Origin: a virus
Lineage: Duplodnaviria > Caudoviricetes
Strand: one strand, 5' to 3'
IMG/VR virus record: IMGVR_UViG_3300031414_000005
DNA length: 64,000 nt
Shown in pieces: positions 27,645-38,268 of this stretch. Every line of letters begins with the position of its first letter. The stretch's first letter is position 1. A program made the position numbers and the translations under genes. The notes below the pieces were generated by a model. It was given only the letters and a program-made list of their open reading frames with translations, was not told the DNA's origin and searched no databases.

Positions 27645-29849
27645 ATGAATTCGATTGACTATAACATTTATATCCAGGACACACTGAGCTTGGCCCGCAC
27701 CATGGTGGTCAAGAGCGCGGCGTTCGCGGACGTGGTCAACCAGGCGGTGGCTGGGGCTAACTACAGTTACGATCCACTGGATCCCACCACCTGGAAGTAT
27801 TACATGCACATCGCCGGGATTTACCACCCGACCGATAAACCCATGACCGTGAAATCGTCCGACACCGGTGAGGTCATTCCCTTTACCGTGGACGCATTGA
27901 AAGATCACCTGGCCACGAAACGTGACTACCGCCATGGCACGGAAGAGTACCAAACGTTGGTGGCGAAATACCCGAACCAGGTTGACCTGATCAAAGGGGT
28001 GTTGAACCCGGTGCCGATTCAGACCGCCATCGATGCCCCTGACCACACCATCCTGTATTACAACCCAGACCTGGTGTTGTGGAACGAGGAACCGTTGATC
28101 CCGAAACTGCAAAAGTGGATTATGGGTTACTGGTACGAGTGGGACCACAACAACTACAACCAGACCGATAACCTGATGGTACATTACTTGTTTGGGGTGA
28201 TGATGGAGTTTATTCCGGGTGTGGTGTTGGGGATCCGTATTGAGCACATTGGTACCCGGTTTGCCCATGATTTCCATATCTGGTCAAAGCTGTCGTCCTA
28301 CGGTGATCTGGAGAAATACAAACCGTACATGAGCCGGGCATTAACCATGTGGTGTTACCGCAACATCGTTTGGGTCCAGCACAACAACGGTAAACAGTAT
28401 ACCATGGATGTGTTAATTGAAAAAATACTCTCCGACCGGGTGATTCCGATTGGTGGGTACAACATCAATACTAATACTGCGACCTTACCAGACAGCGATA
28501 CCGTGGATGTATTGTTCCAACGTCGCCAGCTGAACCTGCCGGCACAATACGGTGACCTGCGAGCCACCCGTACCACAGACACCATTTTGCGGGACGAGTT
28601 CACATTAGCGCGGGACAACGAAGACAACTATCTGGAGCACCTGGCCAACACCAATGAAGCGGTGCAAACCAGCCTGGCCACCAACATGCCGACCAAAATC
28701 CTGGAGTCGGAAATGGTGGACAAGACCAACAGCGGGCCGTACAGCCGGATGTCGGTGTTGGTGAACGAGTGGGCTTATCTCTCGACGAAAAAGCTCTATC
28801 GTGCGATAGTGAAAATTGACAATCCCAAGAACGGCATCAAGATGACGATGTCGGTGGCGGATGCTTTCCGACTGTTTATCTACGCGGTGTTCCAGACCGA
28901 ACGGGTTGAATTGGCTCAGATGCCGGACTTTTGGTATTTCGATGTCCGCCGGTTGACCCAACCATCACGGGCCACGTTGCGGGCTGCGGGCAGTGTGAAA
29001 TACATCCAGGACATTTACCTGGATGAAGCCCTGGCCAACCCGATCGTGTTCCCTTCTATTATTTCCACGGAAGCCTTTTACAACAAATGCGATGAAGTCT
29101 TCAGAGGGCTGTGGCAACACCGTCGCCTGTACAGCGCACATTCCCATTACGAAGCCCGTGCCCACCTCAAGAACATGACCCGCCGGTTCTATACCAGCGG
29201 TAGCTTGACCTTGACCAATGGCATGAGCTACGCGGAGTGGTTTGAAAAGCAAGGTTGGTCGTTGAGCGATATCACCCCGGAAGACTGGGCGGACTTTGCC
29301 TATAACCTGTTCAGTGAAGCCACCGGGTGGGTGACCGAAAACAACCTCACCATGCAACAGATCCAACGCAACATGATTGACATGATGATGGACCTGTCGA
29401 GTTACACGGTACAGACCATCGTGAAAATCAATGATGGGGACGTCACTGATATCGACGGTAACAAAATCTCAATTGGTGATGTGGACTATGTGCCGGCGTA
29501 CCAGCGCAATATCTACGACCTGCCGATCAAGGTGTTGAATGCCGACACGGCGTTACGGCTGGAAGCCGATACCGGGGCAATCCCGCCGTCGATTGACGAG
29601 GTTAACCTGCATTCTGATTTCCAGGCCATCACTGTGGAACATATTCACCCGGTGTACAGTCGCCATGAACTCCACCGCACCACCGACATCGCTTTACGGG
29701 TGTGGGTTAAAGACCAGGACGAGGGAGCTGACCTGGGTGTACAGATTTATCCTGATGCTTCCGGGCGTTGGGTTACGCAGTTTGGTGAGGAACGTCAGTC
29801 GTTAACCACGGCCGAGATCAATGCCATTTTGCAATCCACCTATAGCTGA
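27645..29849 (+). CDS. Virion structural protein (phiKZ gp128-like)
   Basis: Likely start MNSIDY at 27645; WKYYMHIAGIYH motif; divergent from the portal. Confidence 0.6.
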   Translation: MNSIDYNIYIQDTLSLARTMVVKSAAFADVVNQAVAGANYSYDPLDPTTWKYYMHIAGIYHPTDKPMTVKSSDTGEVIPFTVDALKDHLATKRDYRHGTEEYQTLVAKYPNQVDLIKGVLNPVPIQTAIDAPDHTILYYNPDLVLWNEEPLIPKLQKWIMGYWYEWDHNNYNQTDNLMVHYLFGVMMEFIPGVVLGIRIEHIGTRFAHDFHIWSKLSSYGDLEKYKPYMSRALTMWCYRNIVWVQHNNGKQYTMDVLIEKILSDRVIPIGGYNINTNTATLPDSDTVDVLFQRRQLNLPAQYGDLRATRTTDTILRDEFTLARDNEDNYLEHLANTNEAVQTSLATNMPTKILESEMVDKTNSGPYSRMSVLVNEWAYLSTKKLYRAIVKIDNPKNGIKMTMSVADAFRLFIYAVFQTERVELAQMPDFWYFDVRRLTQPSRATLRAAGSVKYIQDIYLDEALANPIVFPSIISTEAFYNKCDEVFRGLWQHRRLYSAHSHYEARAHLKNMTRRFYTSGSLTLTNGMSYAEWFEKQGWSLSDITPEDWADFAYNLFSEATGWVTENNLTMQQIQRNMIDMMMDLSSYTVQTIVKINDGDVTDIDGNKISIGDVDYVPAYQRNIYDLPIKVLNADTALRLEADTGAIPPSIDEVNLHSDFQAITVEHIHPVYSRHELHRTTDIALRVWVKDQDEGADLGVQIYPDASGRWVTQFGEERQSLTTAEINAILQSTYS

Positions 29850-29909
29850 TGGGTAATTTATGACACGTAAATCCCCACAGGTTTCGCCGTAATTCTAACC
29901 TAATAGAGA

Positions 29910-30800
29910 ATGACCATGGCCAGAGAGTATCTGAAGAAGCGCACGACGCGCACCGTTTACGGCAATGCTGTGCAAACGGCCCTTGCCCTTAACAAACCCC
30001 ACAAGGTGGTGGCTAACTCCACCTTGAACGAAAAACTGACCATTAAAGCGGTCGAGTCGGTTGCTAACTTTGACCGGCCTGAGATCAAGATGTTTGTGAT
30101 CGGGATTGGGGGTCACTCGTTTACCCTGGGTAAGGGTAATGTGCCTCTGCCAACTGCGGTGGAACATGAAACCACGGACGCTGCCCTGTATCAGCAGATT
30201 CCGTTTGTGGTGCGTGCCGTGGGTGATGATTTGACAACGGCTGAACGTGCTCGCTTCCGTCTGCGCAAGCTGATCCAGGTCAGCAACGTAACCTACATTG
30301 CGTACTACGGTCGTTTGTTCGACAGCTCCAACACCGACATCGCCATGACCACTAACGTGCGGGACAACAACACCGGGAACATCTCCACCACCCCGTTTAT
30401 CCCAACGTCGGCGAACCTCAATCCACAACCCCCGGTTACCAGCAACAACGGTGAGATCCCTGCCAGCGACACCTACCAACAGGTGAATGCGGAAGTGGAC
30501 CTGACCATGTCTTCTGCTGACCTGGCTGAGCTGCGCGATGTGGCCCGTATCCTGTTCGGGGACGAAGCGTACGCCATGGTGTCGGAGTGGGGCGTGTGTT
30601 CGTGTTCGGATACCCAGGCAACGGGTGACGACGGTGCGGGTAACAAGTTCCAGTACACCGAGTCGTTGGCGGTGCAGATCAATGACCACATCACCTCCGG
30701 TGAACCGCGTACCGCTGAGAACGTGTCGATTGCGATGACCGTGAACATGGGTGCATCCGATCCACTGCTGGCTCAAGGTACGCGCACGGCGTCAGTGTAA
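29910..30800 (+). CDS. Putative virion structural protein
   Basis: 296 aa; structural-gene context; beta-rich composition. Confidence 0.5.
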   Translation: MTMAREYLKKRTTRTVYGNAVQTALALNKPHKVVANSTLNEKLTIKAVESVANFDRPEIKMFVIGIGGHSFTLGKGNVPLPTAVEHETTDAALYQQIPFVVRAVGDDLTTAERARFRLRKLIQVSNVTYIAYYGRLFDSSNTDIAMTTNVRDNNTGNISTTPFIPTSANLNPQPPVTSNNGEIPASDTYQQVNAEVDLTMSSADLAELRDVARILFGDEAYAMVSEWGVCSCSDTQATGDDGAGNKFQYTESLAVQINDHITSGEPRTAENVSIAMTVNMGASDPLLAQGTRTASV

Positions 30801-30807
30801 GTTTAAT

Positions 30808-30826
30808 GGGGGCGCTCCGCCCCCTT
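30808..30826 (+). terminator. Possible weak terminator
   Basis: gggggcg ctc cgccccc with only TT after. Confidence 0.4.
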
Positions 30827-30839
30827 GTGAAGGCCGCCG

Positions 30840-31436
30840 ATGATGGAAGACAACGAGCATTTACGATTAATCACTGTTGACCCAGGGACAGTTACACTCG
30901 GGTTCGGTGTGATCGACATTGACATGGTAACGCTGAAACCCAAAGTGATTGAAGCGTTCACCCTCGATGGGAGTGTAATGACGCGTGCATGGGTGGATAC
31001 CGCCGCCGGTGAGGAAGCTGCCCGCCAACGCATCATGGGGTTGAATGCCCGCCTCCAGGAACTCTTCTTACATTACCGCCCGGATGTGGTATCGTGTGAG
31101 GACAACTTCCTGGCGCGCTCACCGCATGCATTTAAGATGTTAGCGGAAGCTGTTGCAGCGGTGCGGTATGCATTGATGGCCACTTTGCCCCACAGTCATT
31201 TGTACCTGATCCCCCCGACTGAAGCAAAGAAGACCGTTAATGCGTGTTTTAAAGGAACAGGGAAAGACGATGTCCGTCAGGGCCTCAAATCTTACAGTGA
31301 TTTAGATTGGGGGGATATTTCTATTGATATGCTCGACGAGCACGCTGTGGACGCCATTGTGGTAGGCGTGTGTATGGTCGAGAAAATAAAAGCGGGGTAT
31401 GAGTTACAATCATGGGGAACACACAACAACGGATAG
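30840..31436 (+). CDS. ruvC: RuvC-like Holliday junction resolvase
   Basis: ITVDPGTVTLGFGVI (first catalytic Asp), VSCED (Glu), AKKTV...GKDDV, DEHAVDAIVVG (HxxDA). Confidence 0.85.
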   Translation: MMEDNEHLRLITVDPGTVTLGFGVIDIDMVTLKPKVIEAFTLDGSVMTRAWVDTAAGEEAARQRIMGLNARLQELFLHYRPDVVSCEDNFLARSPHAFKMLAEAVAAVRYALMATLPHSHLYLIPPTEAKKTVNACFKGTGKDDVRQGLKSYSDLDWGDISIDMLDEHAVDAIVVGVCMVEKIKAGYELQSWGTHNNG

Positions 31437-31873
31437 AGCCAACCCCAACGCCTGCGGCCGAAACAGCCGCGGCAGTGGCGGATAAAGTACTGTCCAATAT
31501 GCAGCGGGTGGCGGCCAACAGTGAGATCAATAACCCCCTGGGGATTAAGTTGCGCACACTGGGTGGGTTCATCGCTTTGATGACCTCCAACGTGATGTCT
31601 CTGTCATTGGGGTTAGCGATCATTTGGGATGTGGTGGGACACCGAAATCCGTGGCCAGATTTTTGGATCTGTGCGTTGATTTTTGTGGGGCCGGTCCTGA
31701 ACGGATGGCAGTTCATGGGGGTGCGTGCCTTACTGAACACCATCATGAAAAACGGCACGGGCATTGTGGATCAGGTGGTGGGACGGTTTGGTTTCAGCCG
31801 TCAACCTACGGTCACGAATGCACCTAGCCAACAAACCCCTCCTCCACCCCCGGCTGGCGGTGGAATGAGTTAA
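31412..31873 (+). CDS. Two-TM membrane protein, candidate holin
   Basis: 153 aa with two hydrophobic helices; tail-to-tail with the spanin pair; holin role is inference. Confidence 0.4.
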   Translation: MGNTQQRIEPTPTPAAETAAAVADKVLSNMQRVAANSEINNPLGIKLRTLGGFIALMTSNVMSLSLGLAIIWDVVGHRNPWPDFWICALIFVGPVLNGWQFMGVRALLNTIMKNGTGIVDQVVGRFGFSRQPTVTNAPSQQTPPPPPAGGGMS

Positions 31874-31878
31874 GCATC

Positions 31879-31908
31879 AAAGGAGAGGGCGCGAGCCCTC
31901 TCCCTTTT
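31879..31908. terminator. Bidirectional terminator between the candidate holin and o-spanin
   Basis: aaa ggagagggc GCGA gccctctcc ctttt. Confidence 0.75.
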
Positions 31909-31914
31909 AAGCGA

Positions 31915-32448
31915 TTATTGCTTGTGACTGATTTTATCAAGTTCCGCTTGCTGTTCTAACGCAGTGGTCTTCAATGCACTGATCACACTCAGTAGCGATT
32001 GAATATACTGCTGGGCCTGAATAAGGTGCGAGGCATTGGAATCCGCTTCTTCTCCCACATCAATTAAGAACAGGCTGTCAGCAGTCGATAAGAATCCACT
32101 GTAGGCATGTTCCGGAGGGTTGTCGGCGTACACCGGTTTTGACCCGTCGGTGGCAGTACCTAACCGACCGTCCACCGTGACACTGGGTGGGATGGTGGTG
32201 AGCGCTGTGCGAGCGGGTGAGAAATGGGCAACAATCCGGTCAGTGAGATCTGTCCGGGGTGTTTTCATCATTTCAAAATCCGGCATCCTTACTGTGAGCT
32301 GAGACGGATTGATTCGCGAATTCAGTTGGAGTGTCGACGATGCCTCCGCCACCGCCAGTGCTTGCGCCCCGGTCGGCACCGGCCGAGAACTGCAACTCAC
32401 CGTTAAGAATACGCTCACGATAACTGCGACTTTTAGTAGTAATTTCAT
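31915..32448 (-). CDS. Outer-membrane lipoprotein, candidate o-spanin (Rz1-like)
   Basis: MKLLLKVAVIVSVFLTVS/C lipoprotein-type signal; AGGA RBS; Pro-rich; start lies inside the 3' end of the i-spanin gene. Confidence 0.65.
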   Translation of the reverse strand: MKLLLKVAVIVSVFLTVSCSSRPVPTGAQALAVAEASSTLQLNSRINPSQLTVRMPDFEMMKTPRTDLTDRIVAHFSPARTALTTIPPSVTVDGRLGTATDGSKPVYADNPPEHAYSGFLSTADSLFLIDVGEEADSNASHLIQAQQYIQSLLSVISALKTTALEQQAELDKISHKQ

Positions 32449-32722
32449 TTTTGCGGTCCTGCTGCTGCTTGTCGATTAATTCAGCGACCCGCTGCTGTTC
32501 TTGTCCTATGTTACGGACCTTCTCATCGATGTTGCTGACTTGATTGCCCAGTGCTTTGAGTTGTGCAGACGACTGCTCGTTGAACTGCACCTGTGACTCC
32601 AACGTCGCGGATGTGCGAATTGTCATGACACAGATGTAGATCAAGATGATCCCTGCGATCCCATAGAAAATGTATTTGCTGTTATTTTTTAATAACAAGC
32701 CGATAATCTTCAGTAAGCCCAT
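32273..32722 (-). CDS. Inner-membrane protein, candidate i-spanin (Rz-like)
   Basis: N-terminal TM (IFYGIAGIILIYICVMTI) followed by a Gln/Glu-rich coiled coil; overlaps the lipoprotein gene by 176 bp. Confidence 0.65.
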   Translation of the reverse strand: MGLLKIIGLLLKNNSKYIFYGIAGIILIYICVMTIRTSATLESQVQFNEQSSAQLKALGNQVSNIDEKVRNIGQEQQRVAELIDKQQQDRKNEITTKSRSYRERILNGELQFSAGADRGASTGGGGGIVDTPTEFANQSVSAHSKDAGF

Positions 32723-32730
32723 ACAGTTAC

Positions 32731-33960
32731 CTATAAAGTGGAGAATTTCACCAGTGTACCTTTACTCTGCCGCCATTGATCGGAGTTCAGGGCGAAGTCG
32801 AAAGCCGCGTCTGTTTCTTTCCAACCGGTGGTACGAACCAGGCTGGTGCGACTCTGCGCCACTCGGGTCAACAGCAAGTTTGCTTTCGTCGCGGGTTGGA
32901 CGATGTATTCAGCAAACAAACCATTATCGAGCAGTAAAGGATGCGGGTGCTCATACGGCGACACAAACGTGTTCGGAATCCGGTAGGTTTCCGCCGGCTC
33001 TGTCTCCACCGTAATGTAAGGATTATCAAACACCACCCAGAACGACTGAGGGAGTTGAAGGTACGCTTTGTAAAACGCATCCGCAAGAAGGTTGGCGGTG
33101 GGGATCACATACGGGTACGCCGGGTCAATCCCTGTCGGGAGCGAGCGGGTATCGATGAATGCGCTGTCCTGGTAGTAACGGTTCACCCAATCAATGCGAC
33201 TGGTCTGAAGCTTCACCACTTGTTCCCCTACCACTTCCAGATTCACATCCTGGTAATACAGGATACCACCCACGACCAGGCCTACCGACTTACCGCTGAG
33301 CGGTACTGGGGCTTTCAGGTACACCGCGTCCTTATACGGAACGTTGTCCGGTGCCGGGAGGATATGTGCATCTTCTACGTTATACGTCTGTAGCGACGAC
33401 ACCTTTTCAAAAATGATTCCACCTAAATTGAAATCATTGGCAATGCGTGCAGATTGACACCCGTTCAGCAGGTACAGTCCGTTACTGGCCGCCGACTGAC
33501 GGTGTAGGTAGCCGTTGACGGTAAACAGCGCGTTCTTGGCAAGCTTCGGGTAATCCACATCTGCTTTGGTCAGCAACACATCGGGTGCATCACTGAAGAA
33601 CACCTCACGGTCTGGACTCTTGTTGCTGTCAGCCGGGGTGCTGTTGAACTTTTGGTACCGCATGTCAACCCAGGTGGCGTACTTGCGCACCAGGTTCGGG
33701 AGCTGGGTAGTGGTGGGTAACGCACGCGCACCCAGTTGCGCTAACCAGTCCTTCAGCGTCAGCTTGACGGATTGCAGTTCATTGAACCAGTCCTGTAAAC
33801 GAAAGACAAACTGCCCCTTGACAAAGCTGTTGGTCACGATGATGTCATTTGAAAAATAAGTTTGCAGTATCTGATTGACCGGCAGATTGGAAATGTCGTC
33901 GGTGACTTTTCCGGTGTTACTGCCGTACGGGATCGACACGCAAGCGACGTATGTGTACAT
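32731..33960 (-). CDS. Putative virion structural protein
   Basis: Likely start MYTYVA at 33960 (GAGAGGA RBS on the minus strand); track ORF extends to 34026. Confidence 0.55.
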   Translation of the reverse strand: MYTYVACVSIPYGSNTGKVTDDISNLPVNQILQTYFSNDIIVTNSFVKGQFVFRLQDWFNELQSVKLTLKDWLAQLGARALPTTTQLPNLVRKYATWVDMRYQKFNSTPADSNKSPDREVFFSDAPDVLLTKADVDYPKLAKNALFTVNGYLHRQSAASNGLYLLNGCQSARIANDFNLGGIIFEKVSSLQTYNVEDAHILPAPDNVPYKDAVYLKAPVPLSGKSVGLVVGGILYYQDVNLEVVGEQVVKLQTSRIDWVNRYYQDSAFIDTRSLPTGIDPAYPYVIPTANLLADAFYKAYLQLPQSFWVVFDNPYITVETEPAETYRIPNTFVSPYEHPHPLLLDNGLFAEYIVQPATKANLLLTRVAQSRTSLVRTTGWKETDAAFDFALNSDQWRQSKGTLVKFSTL

Positions 33961-34024
33961 GGCGTTTCCTCTCTTTATCCTATAGGATTCAATAACGAAC
34001 CCCTTATCGATAAAGGCCATTATC

Positions 34025-34759
34025 ATGAGTGATATCAGTTATCCATTTAACCCGTGGGGAGATCTTGAGGACGCTCATGTCTCCGGCGAGGTACAAACCC
34101 TGACCCCGGCGCAGGGGAAGAACTACGTGACGATCTATCCTCGCGCTGCCCCCTTCCATTCATTGAGCATGAAAATCAAGGTGAAAGGCCAGAACAGCTA
34201 CCTGATTAAGGGGCAAGACTGGATCCCGAGTAACTTCTACAACGGTTTCACCCGTAATTTCAAAGTCGGTATTTTCGGCAGTGTCACGTTCCTGAACATC
34301 GATGCCCCGAAAGACGTGGAACTGGAATACGACACGGTGGGTGGTGAGTTTGTGTTGGACGATCAGGCGTACGCGACCCTGGTGGCTAACCTGCTGACCA
34401 ATGACCGTTATATCGACTGGTCGCAGATCGTTGATGCCCCAACTGAGTACCCACCGGCTCCGCATGCACACCCGGCTGGCGACACCTACAACTACGGTGA
34501 CTTCATCGAGGTGATGACCGGGATCTGGCAGGCGACGTCAGGCGGCACTGACGACTTGGTCAAAGCACTGCAAGACCATATCGATGCAGAGGGTACTGCT
34601 GCCCACCCTTATACCAAAGATGACGTGGGTCTGGGGAACGTCGACAACTTTGCGACGGCCACACCCGATGATCTGAAAGGGTCTGGTCAGCTGTTCATGA
34701 CGCTGGACATGGTAAAGACCTTGATGCGTCAAGTTGCCAACGGCACTATCACCCTCTGA
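34025..34759 (+). CDS. Short tail-fibre/baseplate attachment-type protein
   Basis: 244 aa; IDWSQIVDAPTEYPPAPHAH and YTKDDVGLGNVDNFATA motifs shared with the next gene. Confidence 0.6.
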   Translation: MSDISYPFNPWGDLEDAHVSGEVQTLTPAQGKNYVTIYPRAAPFHSLSMKIKVKGQNSYLIKGQDWIPSNFYNGFTRNFKVGIFGSVTFLNIDAPKDVELEYDTVGGEFVLDDQAYATLVANLLTNDRYIDWSQIVDAPTEYPPAPHAHPAGDTYNYGDFIEVMTGIWQATSGGTDDLVKALQDHIDAEGTAAHPYTKDDVGLGNVDNFATATPDDLKGSGQLFMTLDMVKTLMRQVANGTITL

Positions 34760-34780
34760 GTGAAGGGAGTTTAACTTACA

Positions 34781-37700
34781 ATGAGCGAACCACAAGTCAA
34801 GCTCTTTAAGTTCGACGTGACTGGGGTGGATCCTCAGAACCTGGTGGACGGGGAACCGCACACCATCGCATCGGGCAAGAAAGACAAAATGATTGTGCCG
34901 TTCCACGGTCCGTTCTACGCCCGGAGTGTGAAGATCACCCAGGCCGATGGCACGCCGCTGAAAAAAGGCACAGATTTCCAGACCACGTATCTCTACCCGG
35001 AGTTGTCAGCCCGCACCGGCAAACCGGTCACGTCCTTTATTCGTATCCTGAACCTGGAACTCAGCGGTCAGCTGCGGATCACGTACCAGGTGGTGGGTGA
35101 AGGTACGATTACTGGCTCACAAGCGTTCCTGGATATGCTGACAGCGATTCAGAACGATGAGCGTCCGGTGAACTGGGACAACATCTTTAACAAACCGGCG
35201 ACCTTCCCCCCGTCACCGCATCAGCATGACATTGCGTATGAAACCTACAACTGGGGTGGGTTGATCGATGTGTTCTCCACCTGGCAAGGGGCAATGACCC
35301 GGCGCTCCTTAGTGGACACCGGTGATCTGTATGCCCGTCTGCGAAATGTGGACGGCATCCTGCGTCAGAAAGTCGAGGATGTGCGCAGCTATATGCAGGC
35401 CCACTTCCAGAACTACAACAACCCGCACTTTGATACCAAGGAAACAGTTGGCTTGGGTCTGGTGGACAACTATGCCACGGCGACCAATGAGCAGGCGATC
35501 CAGGGTACTCGTACCGACCTGCTGTTAACCCCGGGTGCAGCAACGGCATTGATCAACAGTCGCGTGGGTGGCTCCGACAGTAACTTCGTGCACCAGGGGC
35601 ATCTGCGTATTTCACAGTACGGTACGTTGAACTACTTGCCAGCGGGCGTCAACGGCTCGTATGAAGGCGCAGGTGGGGTTATCGGGTACGACTCAGCTCG
35701 TAACGCGTTGATTGAACCTGATGGCTCTCTGGTGGGTTTACGGGCGGGGAACAACGGGGTGGATCAGGGGTTGTATTACTTCCATCTCCCCAGTGCGAAG
35801 AAAATCTCTGAAGGTACGCCGATTCGCACGAACTACAAATACCAACCGCCAGCATTAAACGGGGATACCCCGATTCTGATGTCGAGCGGGGATACCTGGT
35901 CAGCCATGATGGTGCTGGGGAAATCCGGTAAGTATTATGCGATCTCCACCAACCGCACACTGGATCAAACCCGTCATGACATGGCGCAGATCACCAACAT
36001 TGCGGATGTGGCATTGACACGGCGGTTCACCACCACCTATGTCAAAGTTATCGGAGCGACCTGGTTCCTGTTCAATATCAAAGACACCACATACAACACA
36101 CCGTTCGACATTGAGATCTGGTCGGCACCGGTAGCGTCAATCAAAGCCAATGCTACGGTTACCCTGACCAAAGTCACCGGGATCAAAACCACGGATGTGT
36201 ACAACACCCAGGTGACAGCGGACGCCATTCGCCTGGCGGGTCGTAAATCCTCAAACGCCGCCGGTGATAACCCGTTGGTGTTAGGGACTGGGGATGTGCT
36301 GTATGTAGATGGCCCGGTTACCCATCAAGAAATGACGATTGCCAGCAACCCGAATAACGCCAACCAAATTGTGTTACTGGTGACGTTTAACGTGCGCTGT
36401 GCATCAAAAGGCGGTGGGGGTGAAAACCTGCAATTCGCCGGGTATGCGATCGATTACGACTTCTCCACGAAGTTAGCCGCTATCGCCAATAACCCAGGGC
36501 GTATTGAGTTTAAAGCTGTCACCAACAAGCTTCCAACCATTGTTAATAAAGGTGGCATTTTCACCGGACAGGGGGTGGAGTTGTTTGGCGGGACTTATGG
36601 CCTGGCGGGGAACCCGTTTGCGTTCTATGCCGAAGACGGGTTTGTGGCCCTGATTCAGCAAGGGCAGCAAGTGGATGAGGGGGTGCAGTTCACTACCGGA
36701 ACGGTAACCAATTTCACCACCTTGTACGCCAGCCTGCGCAATCCGTACGCCCGACTGTTCCGGGCAAACATCCCGGTGACCACCGATCCAAATGTCTTTG
36801 GTTCCAACATCGGCAACAACCTGAGCCGTCCAGTGTTCTTCAGCAAGTCGCTGATGTATTGTATCTCCAATAACAACCGGAACAACTATTCTGCTGTCCT
36901 GGTAGAACAGACCGGTGGGTACAAGGACTACACCTACAACGTGCTGAACGTCGGGAACATCCCGGGCTTCAAACCCACCAGTGGACGGCGCAATTCTGAT
37001 TTCACTCAGGGTGTGCAGTTGATTGTGGAAAGCAATGCCGCAGGTACGGTTCGAGTGGACGGGTCGGTAATGCGCAACTACGTGTCGAACTACGGCGGGG
37101 AAACCAGCCAGTCAGCACCGGTTACCATTAACGCCGTATTGGGTGACGACGGCGTGTACCACCGTCAGGACAGCGGGTCGATTACCTGGGACAACACCGA
37201 ACTCACCACTTTCGCACGCAATGCCTTGGCAAGCCTTGGCATGGCCACCATTGCGGATGTGCGGGTTACGGTGTTTGTGCCTCAGAACCCCGACCTGCCC
37301 TTGATCGCCTTTGTGATGTCGGTGTCAGCCATTGACAGTGCCACGGGTTTATTCACCCAGGGCACGGTGGTGTGTGAGATGAACTACACAGGTGCCCGCA
37401 ACACCGGCAAGATCACCGGTTACAGTGTGGGTAAACTGTTGTGGTCGCTGAAAGACACTGATCAGCTGAATGAAGGCCGGTTTGGTAACGACAACAACTA
37501 TGCACCGCCCATGGGGATCTGGAAGACCGCAGCCGGGGATTACCTGCTTGGCTTCTCACACCAGATCTATTATCGCCTGAGCGGCACCTCAATGAACTAC
37601 CGCTTCCGTATGGCGGTACCTGCGGGGACCAAGTCGGTGGATGCGTCCACGGTGGTGCAAGAGCGTCAGTTTACCTATATCGGTGGTACCAACAAGGATG

Positions 37701-38227
37701 TGTTCCCGTTACCGGGGGTGGGTTTGTGCGCACTCAACTACGACGACAATAACGCGAGTTATTTCTCGAACCTGATTGCCGATGTCAAAGCTACCACCCT
37801 GGCCGAGTTTAAAACCTGGGCCACGAAGGAAACGGTGAACCTGGTATCCCAGCAAGTTGAACAGGGGATGATCGTGTACTTCACGGAAGAAACCCGTTGC
37901 TTCATGGCGGGGGCAGAATGGACCTTACCGGTGGGAAGCATCGACTTGCGCAATGTGGTCGCGGATCCCACCAACAAGACGTTCTACCTGTATGTCCAGC
38001 TGGATCAAACCGGTGTCTCTTATTTACTGTCACAAACCGAGATCCTGGAGTCGTTGTCGGTGATGCAGATTGGGGTCATCAAAACCAATGGCACCCAGAT
38101 CAGTTCAATCGCGGTGGAGAAACCTACCCTGATTGACGGCTACCGTATCTCTGCCACCCGTCGTGGTTCAGCCATCCCAGTGTCAACTGGTTCGGTTAAC
38201 GGCCCGGGTAATTTCGCGTGGCAATAA
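34781..38227 (+). CDS. Long tail-fibre-like virion protein
   Basis: 1148 aa; VNWDNIFNKPATFPPSPHQH and DTKETVGLGLVDNYATA motifs; Thr/Asn/Gly-rich body. Confidence 0.65.
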   Translation: MSEPQVKLFKFDVTGVDPQNLVDGEPHTIASGKKDKMIVPFHGPFYARSVKITQADGTPLKKGTDFQTTYLYPELSARTGKPVTSFIRILNLELSGQLRITYQVVGEGTITGSQAFLDMLTAIQNDERPVNWDNIFNKPATFPPSPHQHDIAYETYNWGGLIDVFSTWQGAMTRRSLVDTGDLYARLRNVDGILRQKVEDVRSYMQAHFQNYNNPHFDTKETVGLGLVDNYATATNEQAIQGTRTDLLLTPGAATALINSRVGGSDSNFVHQGHLRISQYGTLNYLPAGVNGSYEGAGGVIGYDSARNALIEPDGSLVGLRAGNNGVDQGLYYFHLPSAKKISEGTPIRTNYKYQPPALNGDTPILMSSGDTWSAMMVLGKSGKYYAISTNRTLDQTRHDMAQITNIADVALTRRFTTTYVKVIGATWFLFNIKDTTYNTPFDIEIWSAPVASIKANATVTLTKVTGIKTTDVYNTQVTADAIRLAGRKSSNAAGDNPLVLGTGDVLYVDGPVTHQEMTIASNPNNANQIVLLVTFNVRCASKGGGGENLQFAGYAIDYDFSTKLAAIANNPGRIEFKAVTNKLPTIVNKGGIFTGQGVELFGGTYGLAGNPFAFYAEDGFVALIQQGQQVDEGVQFTTGTVTNFTTLYASLRNPYARLFRANIPVTTDPNVFGSNIGNNLSRPVFFSKSLMYCISNNNRNNYSAVLVEQTGGYKDYTYNVLNVGNIPGFKPTSGRRNSDFTQGVQLIVESNAAGTVRVDGSVMRNYVSNYGGETSQSAPVTINAVLGDDGVYHRQDSGSITWDNTELTTFARNALASLGMATIADVRVTVFVPQNPDLPLIAFVMSVSAIDSATGLFTQGTVVCEMNYTGARNTGKITGYSVGKLLWSLKDTDQLNEGRFGNDNNYAPPMGIWKTAAGDYLLGFSHQIYYRLSGTSMNYRFRMAVPAGTKSVDASTVVQERQFTYIGGTNKDVFPLPGVGLCALNYDDNNASYFSNLIADVKATTLAEFKTWATKETVNLVSQQVEQGMIVYFTEETRCFMAGAEWTLPVGSIDLRNVVADPTNKTFYLYVQLDQTGVSYLLSQTEILESLSVMQIGVIKTNGTQISSIAVEKPTLIDGYRISATRRGSAIPVSTGSVNGPGNFAWQ

Positions 38228-38239
38228 CTGTGTAAATAT

Positions 38240-38268
38240 AGGTGGGGGTAACACCCCACCTTTCTTTT
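38240..38268 (+). terminator. Intrinsic terminator between the fibre paralogues
   Basis: aggtgggg gtaaca ccccacct ttctttt. Confidence 0.7.
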
